From sequence record SRR22947727_771: a stretch of DNA of 61,110 nt; one strand, written 5' to 3'. The notes under the pieces are model-generated. The model saw only the letters and a list, made by a program, of their open reading frames with translations. It had not been told where the DNA came from and made no database searches. Shown in pieces: positions 20,100-29,693 of this stretch. A program made the position numbers and the translations under genes. The stretch's first letter is position 1, and each line of letters opens with the position of its first letter.

Positions 20100-21404
20100 C
20101 TATTTTGCTGAACGCTCGAATTTTCTTAAGAGCTTATTTCCGCGCTCCACGGCAGCATCCAAAGCCGCTTTGGCAGATTGATCGCCGGCCCATAGGGCCT
20201 CAAGTTCTTCATTGATGACGTCCCTGATCTGAACAAAGTTACCGAAACGCAGGCCGCGTGAATTAGCTGTTGGCGTGTTAAGGCTAAGTTGTTTCGTTGC
20301 CGTATCGGTTCCTGGATTTTCTTTGTAGAAACCTTGGCTGTCAGAGAGATCTCCTGCCGCAGACGTAATCGGAACATAGCCCGTCTCTTGGTGCCACCAG
20401 GCTTGCACCTCTGATGACGACAAATAGCTCAAAAACTTAGACAGGCCTTTATATTCATCAGCTTCATGTCCTTGTAGCGCCCACAAAGTAGCACCGCCAA
20501 TGATTGAGTTTTGCGCCGCTGAAGCGAGACTGGTATCAAGCGGAAGCATGGTTTGCCCAAATTCAAAATCTGCTTGCTTTACGATGGATCCATAATAAGC
20601 CGATGAATTCATCCACATGCCACATTCACCATTTGTGAACATCGGCAGCGAGTCACCGCGACGTCCGCCATAGACGAAAAGTTTGTCTTTTTGGCTGTCG
20701 GCAATCGCCTGCAATCTATTTGCAACTTTGTCGTTATTAAATGTGAATTCAGTATCAAAGCCCGTGAAGCCATTCTCTTTTGTTCCGAGAGGGATGTCAT
20801 GCCATGCTGAAAAGTTTTCAATCATAACCCAGCTTTGCCAGCCAAAAGAGTAACCACAATTCATGCCATTAGCGACAAGCGCCTTTGCAGAAGCTTCTAC
20901 TTCACCCCAAGTTGTTGGAATAGATGCACCAGCGGCTTTCAGAGCATCCGCATTGTACCAAAGGACCGGGGTTGAACTATTAAACGGCATAGATAAAAGC
21001 TCACCCTTAGACGTCTGATAGTACGACACCACCGCGGGTAAATAAGCTGAGCCATCAAATGGTTCGCCTGAGTCTTTCATCATCTGTTCAACAGGGTATA
21101 TTGCGCCCTTCGCTGCCATCATTGTAGCAGTACCGACTTCGAACACTTGTACAAGATGCGGATGTTCTTTCGCGCGAAATGCAGCGATTGCCGCTGTCAT
21201 TGTCTCTGTGTAGTTACCTTTATAGGTTGGTATAATTTCATAATCACTCTGACTGGCATTAAAATCTGCGGCCATTTTATCGACACGTTCGCCATTCGTG
21301 CCTCCCATTGCATGCCACCAATGCACTTCTGTTTTAGCAGCCAGAACACCTGCGGACATTGCCAACGCCACCGTTGCCGAAAATATTGTCTTTGGAGCCT
21401 TCAT
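20100..21404 (-). CDS. ugpB: sn-glycerol-3-phosphate ABC transporter substrate-binding protein
   Basis: WWHAMGG, QVFEVGTATMMA, MPFNSSTP, QNSIIGGA, WHQETGY, SRGLRFGN. Confidence 0.95.
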   Translation of the reverse strand: MKAPKTIFSATVALAMSAGVLAAKTEVHWWHAMGGTNGERVDKMAADFNASQSDYEIIPTYKGNYTETMTAAIAAFRAKEHPHLVQVFEVGTATMMAAKGAIYPVEQMMKDSGEPFDGSAYLPAVVSYYQTSKGELLSMPFNSSTPVLWYNADALKAAGASIPTTWGEVEASAKALVANGMNCGYSFGWQSWVMIENFSAWHDIPLGTKENGFTGFDTEFTFNNDKVANRLQAIADSQKDKLFVYGGRRGDSLPMFTNGECGMWMNSSAYYGSIVKQADFEFGQTMLPLDTSLASAAQNSIIGGATLWALQGHEADEYKGLSKFLSYLSSSEVQAWWHQETGYVPITSAAGDLSDSQGFYKENPGTDTATKQLSLNTPTANSRGLRFGNFVQIRDVINEELEALWAGDQSAKAALDAAVERGNKLLRKFERSAK

Positions 21405-21483
21405 TTTCTTCCTCCCTGGATAAATAATAGCTTGTGCGTGCCTAGCGTTTACGAATAAAAAAAATAATGCAAGTGAATTTTTG

Positions 21484-21501
21484 ATGACAATTTTATAACA
21501 A
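21484..21501 (-). promoter_or_regulatory. Pho box upstream of ugpB
   Basis: Minus strand TTGTTAT-AAAA-TTGTCAT, two 7-mers with 11-bp periodicity resembling CTGTCAT-N4-CTGTCAT, 80 bp upstream of ugpB. Confidence 0.6.
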
Positions 21502-21583
21502 ATTATTATATCAAGGCTTGATAAAAGTGCTATTGATCGACATTTTCATTGTTGCAACGGGCCAGATAAAGGGGGGTAAGTTA

Positions 21584-22486
21584 TTGAAATTCAAGATAAG
21601 GCAGTTGGAAGCGTTCCGAGCGGTTGCAGAGAGTGGCAGTATAACAAAAGCTGCGCAGCAATTGGGGATTTCGCAGCCTGCGGTAAGTCGGCTTGTGTCA
21701 GATTTTTCAAATTCAATGGGGTTTGATCTTTTCCAACGCCGGCGCGGAATTTTGGAACCAACCAGTGATTCTAGATATCTGCTGGCAGAGGTCAGACGTT
21801 TGATTGACAGCTTAGATCATCTTGAAGACTTGCGGCGCGATCTCGCGGAACGAAAAGTAGGGCATTTTCGCATCGCTTGCTTGCCTGGTTTTGCCACTAG
21901 TCATTTGCCGGGTGTGCTAGTTGGATTTTTAAAGGATCGACCAGGCGTAACAGTAACGCTCGAGCCTGACCGTCCGGAGCGCATATTGGAATGGATTATT
22001 GGCCAGCAATATGACTGCGGATTAACAGGCGATTTTTCTGGCCATCCAGCTACAATCAGTCAAGATTTGAATGTAAAATCTGTATGTATACTTCCTAAAG
22101 GACATACCTATGAAAGGAAAGAATATATAACTCCTTCCGATCTGTCCAACGAAAGGCTTATACACACTCGTCGTGATAGTTGGTTTTTTCAAGAATTAGA
22201 CCATGTCTTTGGAGTAAATAATGTTGAAATAAATAGCCTAGTTGAAGTCAGGCAATTCACGACTGCATGCACAATGGTGAAGGAAGGCCTTGGCGCATCT
22301 GTTGTAAGTGCTCTGGATGCTGAAAACTTTCGTGAGACCGGCATTGTTATTCGACCTTTCAAACCAGCTATTTTTCACCGCTTATCGATCATTCAACCGG
22401 CATCTGGTCCGAGTTCACCGGTTGTGTTAGACTTTATCGATTATTTTATAGAGAGCTTACAACCGTTTTTGGCTGAAAGCGTTTAA
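21584..22486 (+). CDS. LysR-family transcriptional regulator
   Basis: RQLEAFRAV..GSITKAA..LGISQPAVSR HTH; divergent from ugpB. Start placed at TTG 21584 after a G-rich RBS. Confidence 0.92.
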   Translation: MKFKIRQLEAFRAVAESGSITKAAQQLGISQPAVSRLVSDFSNSMGFDLFQRRRGILEPTSDSRYLLAEVRRLIDSLDHLEDLRRDLAERKVGHFRIACLPGFATSHLPGVLVGFLKDRPGVTVTLEPDRPERILEWIIGQQYDCGLTGDFSGHPATISQDLNVKSVCILPKGHTYERKEYITPSDLSNERLIHTRRDSWFFQELDHVFGVNNVEINSLVEVRQFTTACTMVKEGLGASVVSALDAENFRETGIVIRPFKPAIFHRLSIIQPASGPSSPVVLDFIDYFIESLQPFLAESV

Positions 22487-22525
22487 CCAATCAGATTTTC
22501 CTTACTTTTCAAAACGCCCAGGTTT

Positions 22526-22788
22526 TCGCCTAGCCCCATTTCAAAATACACGATGATGTTTAGTGCATGATTGACCTCTGTTCCAACGTAATTTTAGCTT
22601 CCGGCGCTGAAGGTCCATACCTGAATGCACTGTGACGCCTCTTTTGTATTGAGTTGTTTTCTCCGTTGTTTAATGGTCACTTGAGCTTCCCGTAGGCCAC
22701 AAAAGATTTCTACTCTGAGCAGTTAATCTTTAAATCGACCATTGAAGCTCTCATTGTAACCGTTCTCCCAGGGTTTTCCTGAATCTAT
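22526..22788 (-). mobile_element. IS3-family transposase 3' remnant (decayed)
   Basis: Minus strand reads IDSGKPWENGYNESFNGRFKD*LLRVEIFCGLREAQVTIKQRRKQLNTK /frameshift/ RRHSAFRYGPSAPE...EQRSIMH*; PWENGYNESFN is the IS3 integrase-core signature. Confidence 0.88.
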
Positions 22789-22791
22789 GCG

Positions 22792-23340
22792 AATAGCTGG
22801 AAAGATTTTTGCGAGATCTGTGGCGTAGACTATCCTTCTTAGCTTGATGAACAAATTTCAGCTCAGGATTGGCGGCGGTATTTATACTTCAATGCCGGCT
22901 TTTTCTTTCACGAAAGCCCAACTAAATTCGGCGCGCGCTTCCTAGATTTTGTCCAAAATCTCACAAACAGCACACGCCCTCGGGTCACCCGGTAATCTTT
23001 CGAACCTTGGCTGGGCCAAGTAGTTTTGCCCATGTTATTCGCAGCTTTGGGAAGAAGACACACACTTGCTAGGGGATGGCCGGACGCAAAGACCAACCGT
23101 CATTATCGTAGGATACCCTTTCTTTACGCCCGAGAGGATGATCGGGTTATCACAAAATTAGAAAGGCTTGCAAACCAAGCCCACATCCGCGCGCGTCGAT
23201 CACAGAAGCCGGCTATTCAGCGGGTGATTTATCAAAAACAAGGGCGCAGATTGCGCGGAATGATTGATCGCAGCCATCAGCCAACCTCTGAGGTTGCGCT
23301 CTATAATAAATTAAAAGCTTTGGGGTATTGGATTCGCTGA
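22792..23340 (+). pseudogene. 5'-truncated pseudogene of a conserved Rhodobacteraceae hypothetical protein
   Basis: One frame reads NSWKDFCEICGVDYPS*LDEQISAQDWRRYLYFNAGFFF...VTR*SFEPWLGQVVLP...PFLYARE...IYQKQG...GYWIR*, with stops at 22840 and 22993; begins right at the IS remnant. Family recognised from memory of the RYLYFNAG/PWLDQV/LYARE motifs. Confidence 0.65.
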
Positions 23341-23545
23341 ACAGAAAAATCTGTTTTCACGAGAAAGCCTTGCAAGTTCCATCTCGGGCAAAGCCGCCGA
23401 AAAGGAAATACTTTCCCAATAATTGCGAAAAAATAGGATATTATGTTCCTAATTTAAGCGAGCAAGCGCTCATGATAGAATAATAGCATTGTTTAAACAG
23501 CCTGACTTTCTTATCACACCAAGAACTGATTTAGGAGATAGATTG

Positions 23546-24841
23546 ATGACAAGCGAAACAACCTACGGGTTTGATACATTACAAATACACGCAGGAGCCC
23601 GACCTGATCCGGCCACTGGCTCCCGGCAAACACCAATCTATCAGTCCACAGCGTTTGTGTTTCGAGATGCCGATCACGCAGCCGCTTTGTTTAATCTGCA
23701 AGAAGTCGGCTATATTTACTCGCGATTGACCAACCCAACCGTGGCCGTATTGCAGGAACGCATCGCAACTCTAGAGGGCGGCGTGGGCGCCGTTTGTTGT
23801 TCATCCGGACATGCCGCGCAAATTATGGCGCTGTTTCCACTGATGCAGCCTGGGCGCAATGTCGTTGTTTCGACGCGGCTTTACGGCGGCTCAATCACGC
23901 AGTTCAGCCAAACAATTAAACGCTTTGGCTGGGACGCAAAATTTGTAGATTTTGATGATCTTGACGCGGTGAAAGCTGCAATTGATGATGACACACGTGC
24001 GGTATTCTGTGAATCAATTGCAAACCCTGGAGGTTATATCACCGATCTGCCGGCGATCAGCGCCCTGTCTGATGAAGCCGGGCTTCCCTTGATCGTCGAT
24101 AACACCAGCGCTTCAGCATATCTATGCCGCCCAATCGAGCATGGGGCAACACTTGTGGTGAACTCCACGACCAAATTCTTGACCGGCAATGGTACGGTCA
24201 CGGGTGGATGTGTGGTGGATAGTGGAAAATTTGATTGGTCTGCCTCGGATAAGTTTCCCTCGCTCAGCGCACCCGAACCTGCATATCACGGGCTCAAATT
24301 TCATGAAACATTTGGACCTTTGGCCTTCACGTTTCACGGCATTGCAATCGGGCTGCGCGACCTTGGAATGACGCTGAACCCACAATCCGCACATTATACG
24401 TTAATGGGCATTGAAACATTGTCACTGCGCATGCAGCGACATGTTGAAAACGCGCAGAAAATTGCGACTTGGCTTGAAACCCACGAGGCCGTTGAAGCAG
24501 TGACCTATGCCGGGCTTCCCAGTTCGCCCTACAACCACCGTGTCGCAAAAATTTGCCCCAAAGGCGCGGGCAGCTTGTTTACAGTGTCGCTGAAGGGCGG
24601 TTATAAAGCGTGCATAAAATTCGTGGACAGTCTTGAAATTTTCAGCCATGTGGCCAATTTGGGCGACAGTAGGTCATTGGTGATACATTCTGCATCCACC
24701 ACCCACCGTCAGCTAAGCCCAGAACAGCAAATTGCCGCAGGCGCTGGGCCAAATGTAGTTCGCCTCTCAATCGGCATCGAAGATAGTGACGATTTGATCG
24801 CGGATCTGAATCAAGCGCTTGAGATTGCAAAATTCGTCTAA
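23546..24841 (+). CDS. metY: O-acetylhomoserine aminocarboxypropyltransferase / sulfhydrylase
   Basis: FDTLQIHAG, IYSRLTNPT, PLP lysine in STTKFL, HVANLGD, HSASTTHRQL; AGGAG RBS before ATG 23546. Confidence 0.92.
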   Translation: MTSETTYGFDTLQIHAGARPDPATGSRQTPIYQSTAFVFRDADHAAALFNLQEVGYIYSRLTNPTVAVLQERIATLEGGVGAVCCSSGHAAQIMALFPLMQPGRNVVVSTRLYGGSITQFSQTIKRFGWDAKFVDFDDLDAVKAAIDDDTRAVFCESIANPGGYITDLPAISALSDEAGLPLIVDNTSASAYLCRPIEHGATLVVNSTTKFLTGNGTVTGGCVVDSGKFDWSASDKFPSLSAPEPAYHGLKFHETFGPLAFTFHGIAIGLRDLGMTLNPQSAHYTLMGIETLSLRMQRHVENAQKIATWLETHEAVEAVTYAGLPSSPYNHRVAKICPKGAGSLFTVSLKGGYKACIKFVDSLEIFSHVANLGDSRSLVIHSASTTHRQLSPEQQIAAGAGPNVVRLSIGIEDSDDLIADLNQALEIAKFV

Positions 24842-24847
24842 GCACTT

Positions 24848-24878
24848 TTGGTCAAGCTGGCTATTCCGGCTTGACCAA
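24848..24878. terminator. Hairpin between convergent genes
   Basis: TTGGTCAAGCTGG-CTATT-CCGGCTTGACCAA, a 13-bp stem with one wobble, directly after the metY stop. Confidence 0.6.
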
Positions 24879-25576
24879 CATCTCGTACTGAGCAATCATC
24901 GACTGCCTCAACGCAACGTATTGTGACACAATTCCCGCCTCTGATAAGCTACGTTGCGCGCTCAAAAAACCGGGAGGCCCGCCACGCTCAGGGAGACGAT
25001 CAGACAAGCTGATCAATTAGCCCAATTTCACCTCAGCAGCCTCTGCGTAAACCTGTGCCTTTACCAGCGCGTCGTTCATGGCCTTTTGTCGAGCTAGGCT
25101 TTGCCACCGGGCCTCATCCTTGGTTAAAAAAACCAGATCTCCCAATGCCGTTACCCCAAGGTCGAGGCCGATTTGAACGATTTCTGTAAAGGCAGGAAGA
25201 TGGTTGATTGTGACCTCCAGCCGCGTGTTGGCGCTATAATCCAGCAATTTAGGTGGTTGCCGGTCAATATTTTGAAAATTTAGTGAAAGTGATAAAACCG
25301 AACTTGCTAGATCCTCTTTGGGCAAGCCAAAAGCTTCAAGTGCAGCCAGGAGTGTAGCTGTTTTTGACCTGAGCGCGGCCATTGCTGAGGCCGGTGCATC
25401 TGCTCGGGCTTCAATTGTCCAGGTTAACTTTGCCTGATTAGGTTTACCTTTACCGCTGCCGCGCCGGTGACCGTCAGCATTCTGACAGGCTGGGTTGCGA
25501 ATGCCAGCTGCGCTATAATGACAAAACAGACAGCGAGATAAATAATATTTCTGAATATAAATTGTTTAAAATACAT
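24861..25576 (-). pseudogene. SIMPL/DUF541 (YggE-like) periplasmic protein pseudogene
   Basis: AGGAG RBS and signal peptide MYFKQF...LAFA, then LTVTG, a frameshift near 25462 into GSGKGKPNQAKL, ARQKAMNDALVKAQVYAEA.EVKLG, an in-frame TAA at 25017-25019, and continuation LISLSD...QYEMLVKPE*. Confidence 0.8.
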
Positions 25577-25743
25577 GATAGCTCCTTTCTTTCCAGTAAG
25601 GGATTTACACCACGTGACAGAAATATCCGTAGCGCAATTTTCTGCCTGCCGCGATAGTTTTGCTTTTCCCTCACGCCATCCTGGTCTAGAAAGGCGTAGT
25701 CGCGGTCAAACCGAGCCTTGCTGTAAAAGATAAACTCGAGCAA

Positions 25744-28518
25744 ATGAAACCAGACTTTGCCCTTTCCCTTTCCTTCGATGGCATCACTTTGCTGCATCGA
25801 ACAAAACCGGGCTGGAATATTATTGGCACGGCGAAATTGGATTCTGCAGCGTTGGAAAGTGATGTTGCCGATATCCGGCGCAAAGCTTTAAGCCTTGATT
25901 CGCGCGCCGATAACGTAAAACTTGTGATACCGAATGAACAAATTAAGTTTATCAAATTGCTTCGCCCCGACGGCGCGCAATCAAACGATATTGAAGCGGT
26001 CATATTAGACCATTTACAAGGGGCAACCCCCTATCATGTCTCCGAATTGCGCTTTGATTGGATCGCGTCAAAAAATGATCTTTATGTGGCGGCTGTCGCG
26101 ATCGAAACGCTGCAAGAGGCAGAAAATTTTGCCGAGACCCATAGCTTTAAACCTTTGGGCAATGTTGCGATTCCGCCCAAAGACAGTTTTATCGGCGAAG
26201 CGTTTTTTGGAACGGCTCTCGGCGGGCAACAACAAATGGAATGGTATGATCAGGAAATTGATATTTCCCCGTCACCCAGCCCAGAAGCGCTTTTAAAAAT
26301 CGCACCCAAACCGCTCCCACCAGAACCTCCCATTGCGCGCAACAAAGGTCATATAAATCCGCAACAAAAGGTGGCAAACCCCGATCCTAAACAGCCCCGC
26401 CTTTCAACCAAGCTGACCAAACAAATCAACGAAGAAGCCGAAAATGTTCCCGTCAGTCTCAATGATCTTGGCACTGCCTTCCCCCGCATTCTTTCTCAAA
26501 TTGAAGGAAAGTTAGAAGGGCCAGAGCAGGCTGATAAGCCTACAGTTTTCGATGTAAATGAAACTCGGACAACTGCAAACGCTGCATCCCCTTCTGCTGA
26601 TCCAATCTTGAAAAGACACGGCTTTGAAGACAAAGTCACAACCGAGAAGATCCGAAACGTTCTGCGTCATACAAAACAACGCCTGAGCGCGGGTGTTAGC
26701 GCGCTAAGGGCCGTTCTAACAACGCTGCTGCAAACGGCTCTTCGCCAAACCAAAATGGCCGGCGTAGGCGCCACGCAATTTATAAAAATCTGCAAACACA
26801 AGCTGCTTGTTGAAGGCGTTGTACCGCTGGTGCAGAGATTGCAACCAATTCTGCGCAAATACGTGTTGAAGGCGCGGGATTGGGGGCTTCCCGTCATGCT
26901 GCTAAGCGCTTCGGTGCTTCTGGCTGGGTTTACAGCAACATATTTCATTGTAACGCGCAGCGCCGATTTAAGTACTGATCTTGCGTTGAAAGTAGAAACG
27001 GTGAGCGCAGATGCAGATGCAGATAAGAAAATCGACGTTTTGCGATCGATACAAGAGCTCTCGCCAGCCCCGGAAGCAGAACGGCGTCGGGGCTTAACCG
27101 GGCTGGAAGGTTTTACCACAACCGATACGCAGGCAAAGGCAGAGGTGTTCAGCGAAACGCCATTGCTCGGCCTATCCGAGCTTCAAACATCGGCCGGTTT
27201 TGACCTCTCTATTGTAGAAAAGCTGCCAATGAAGCGGGCACTGTCGCGGTTAGACAGCTTAGCAACACCCAGTTCAACTCGCACGCGCAATGGAACAGAG
27301 CTTGCACCGGAAGCTAAAATCGAGATTCCACAAACGGCTAGGTCTTCCCAGCTTAATACGCCTGAATTTATCCCGAATGGACCAATGACCCCCGAAGAAC
27401 TTCGGCGCGTTTATGTATCAACAGGGGTTTGGCCAATGGCCCCAAAAGCCCCATATCAAGCAAGCACGAAGGCTCTTGAAGATTTATATATCGCATCAAT
27501 TGATGCAGATATTCGTGCCCATGATCCGGTTATTTTGCAAAGCCCGGATGAGTTTTTGACCGATAGTACAAAAGACCTTTCGATCCCTCTGCTTAAAAAA
27601 GCGAAACCGCTTGGGCTTGCAACGGGTGACCCGGCTATCGAAATGCCCAACGAACCTTCTGCAAAAACGCTGGTTTCGCCTAACATAAACGCATTGCGCG
27701 TATTGCCAGATGTGACGCTGAGACCGCCTTCAATGGCGCCGCAGCCTTTGGCAGAATTGACCCCGTCGATCATAACACAAGACAGCAATAAAACGGCAAT
27801 ATCACAACCGGATGCACTACCCTCGATTGATGCGTTAACGCGGCTTGACCCTCCCAGCGTGACTGGCTTTGGAAATCAAGCAACGGACCCTATTTTTAAA
27901 AATGCGGCCACCGAAAACGCAGAAAACCAAAGCTCAGAAACTAACCCGACCTCTGAACTCGTCTCAAAACCGCCTTCTGTTTCCTCAGAAGAAGAAGCCA
28001 TTGCCAGCACCGATCCGCAAACACCACAAGCACCCGAGCCTGCAATAGATATGCTTGCCCAAAGCCGGCCTCTCATACGCCCGCAGGCCCTTGTCGCGGC
28101 TTTACGTGCAAAAGAAAAAGCCTTTGAAGAGGCGCTTAACACCTCTATCCGACCTAAAATCCGGCCGGCGCTTACGGAAATTGCTCAATCTGACACTTTG
28201 ATAAGCCGCTTGTTCAGCGCCTTGGATGAAGGAGATGAAGCCAATGTGGATTCTCCGATAGCAGACGAACCAAGCAGCGCGCGGGTAAGTGAGCGCGCCA
28301 CGTTGGAAAAAGGGCTCAATCTCAGAAAAGTGAATTTGCTCGGCACCTATCGGTTTGGAAACAGTCGGAAAGCCTTAATTCTTATGCCAAATGGGTCGAA
28401 GCGGATGGTAAAAGTAGGAGACCGCTTGGATGGTGGACAGGTGGCCGCCATTGACGAAGAAGAATTGCGTTATATCAAGTCAGGGCTCAATATCATTTTA
28501 TCCATGCCAAGTGGGTAG
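25744..28518 (+). CDS. Large conserved bitopic membrane protein with PilM/GspL-like N-terminus and PilP/GspC-like C-terminus
   Basis: 924 aa; MKPDFALSLSFDGI start, one TM (WGLPVMLL...TYFIV), long Pro-rich linker, C-terminal VNLLG...RKALILMPNG...VKVGDRLDGGQVAAI. The CDS is well supported; the domain naming is tentative. Confidence 0.7.
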   Translation: MKPDFALSLSFDGITLLHRTKPGWNIIGTAKLDSAALESDVADIRRKALSLDSRADNVKLVIPNEQIKFIKLLRPDGAQSNDIEAVILDHLQGATPYHVSELRFDWIASKNDLYVAAVAIETLQEAENFAETHSFKPLGNVAIPPKDSFIGEAFFGTALGGQQQMEWYDQEIDISPSPSPEALLKIAPKPLPPEPPIARNKGHINPQQKVANPDPKQPRLSTKLTKQINEEAENVPVSLNDLGTAFPRILSQIEGKLEGPEQADKPTVFDVNETRTTANAASPSADPILKRHGFEDKVTTEKIRNVLRHTKQRLSAGVSALRAVLTTLLQTALRQTKMAGVGATQFIKICKHKLLVEGVVPLVQRLQPILRKYVLKARDWGLPVMLLSASVLLAGFTATYFIVTRSADLSTDLALKVETVSADADADKKIDVLRSIQELSPAPEAERRRGLTGLEGFTTTDTQAKAEVFSETPLLGLSELQTSAGFDLSIVEKLPMKRALSRLDSLATPSSTRTRNGTELAPEAKIEIPQTARSSQLNTPEFIPNGPMTPEELRRVYVSTGVWPMAPKAPYQASTKALEDLYIASIDADIRAHDPVILQSPDEFLTDSTKDLSIPLLKKAKPLGLATGDPAIEMPNEPSAKTLVSPNINALRVLPDVTLRPPSMAPQPLAELTPSIITQDSNKTAISQPDALPSIDALTRLDPPSVTGFGNQATDPIFKNAATENAENQSSETNPTSELVSKPPSVSSEEEAIASTDPQTPQAPEPAIDMLAQSRPLIRPQALVAALRAKEKAFEEALNTSIRPKIRPALTEIAQSDTLISRLFSALDEGDEANVDSPIADEPSSARVSERATLEKGLNLRKVNLLGTYRFGNSRKALILMPNGSKRMVKVGDRLDGGQVAAIDEEELRYIKSGLNIILSMPSG

Positions 28519-28571
28519 GTTCCATTGCTGGGTTTTATGCGTTGCAACAGCGGTAAAATACGAAAACAAGG

Positions 28572-29594
28572 TTAGGCATCGCTTTCATCGCTCACCCCTG
28601 CTTCCGCAAAGGTCGACATCCCAGAATGACAGGCCAGCGCTGCCTGAAGAATTCCAATCGCAACCGCCGCGCCTGAACCTTCGCCGAGTCGCATCCCCAA
28701 AGATAAAAGCGGCTCTTTATCAAGCTGCGCCAACACGCGTTTATGCGCTTGCTCGGCACTTTCATGCCCCGCTACAGTATGATCCAACACGGACGGGCTA
28801 ATTTGCTGCAGACAGGCAGCCGCGGCGCAGCAAATAAAACCATCCAAAATCACCGGAATGCGCAGACAGCGCGCGCGTGCAATCGCGCCCGCCATGGCGG
28901 CCAATTCACGCCCACCCAGACATTGCAAAGCTTTTAATCCGTTCTGCTGGGCCGTTGGGTTCATCTGCAAGCCCGCCGCAATAACACGGGCTTTTTTGGC
29001 GATACCGGCCGCGTCAACACCAGTGCCCTTACCAACCCAATCTTCCGCGCGGGCGCCAAAAAGCGCATGGGCAATCGCGGCTGCAGAGGTTGTATTTCCA
29101 ATGCCCATCTCACCTGTGACCAAGAGATCACAATCTTCGGACACCGCGTTCCAACCCGTTTGCAACGCCTGAAGAAACTCATCTTCATCCATTGCGGGCC
29201 CTTGCGTGAAATCTCGTGTTGGGCGATCTAACTCTAAGCCATGCACCTGTAATTTCGCGCCAAAACAGGCAGAAAGCTGATTAATCGCGGCGCCCCCAGC
29301 TTGAAAATTAAACACCATCTGTTCTGTAACCTCGGCTGGAAAAGCGGATATACCTTGCGAGGTCACCCCATGATTGCCGGCAAAAATCAGCACTTCAGGT
29401 TGTGAAATAGACGCGCGCGCATCCCCCCGCCAAGCGGCGTACCATATGGCAAGCTCTTCCATCCGCCCCAAAGCACCGGCCGGTTTGGTCAATTGCATAT
29501 TGCGTTGCTTGGCTGCTGCTTGGCTTTCAAGATTAAATGACGGTGCTTGACGCAGCAGATCAACGAATTGTGAAAGAGAAGAAAAAGTGTCCAT
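28572..29594 (-). CDS. cobT: Nicotinate-nucleotide--dimethylbenzimidazole phosphoribosyltransferase
   Basis: [46 protein letters not shown]. Confidence 0.95.
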   Translation of the reverse strand: MDTFSSLSQFVDLLRQAPSFNLESQAAAKQRNMQLTKPAGALGRMEELAIWYAAWRGDARASISQPEVLIFAGNHGVTSQGISAFPAEVTEQMVFNFQAGGAAINQLSACFGAKLQVHGLELDRPTRDFTQGPAMDEDEFLQALQTGWNAVSEDCDLLVTGEMGIGNTTSAAAIAHALFGARAEDWVGKGTGVDAAGIAKKARVIAAGLQMNPTAQQNGLKALQCLGGRELAAMAGAIARARCLRIPVILDGFICCAAAACLQQISPSVLDHTVAGHESAEQAHKRVLAQLDKEPLLSLGMRLGEGSGAAVAIGILQAALACHSGMSTFAEAGVSDESDA

Positions 29595-29693
29595 AATCAG
29601 TTTTACCTTGTTCGCAATATACTCTTTGAGCTATTTACCCAGATGCCATCGAAGTACAAGCGTTTTAGAGGCATCCAACGAGCATTAACCGAC

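Noticed and set aside
23341..23545. Possible SAM riboswitch upstream of metY
   Set aside because: No SAM-II, SAM-V or SAM-SAH consensus recognised by eye; only short dyads (GGAAATACTTTCC, TAGGA..TCCTA) of unknown meaning. An Rfam scan would settle it.
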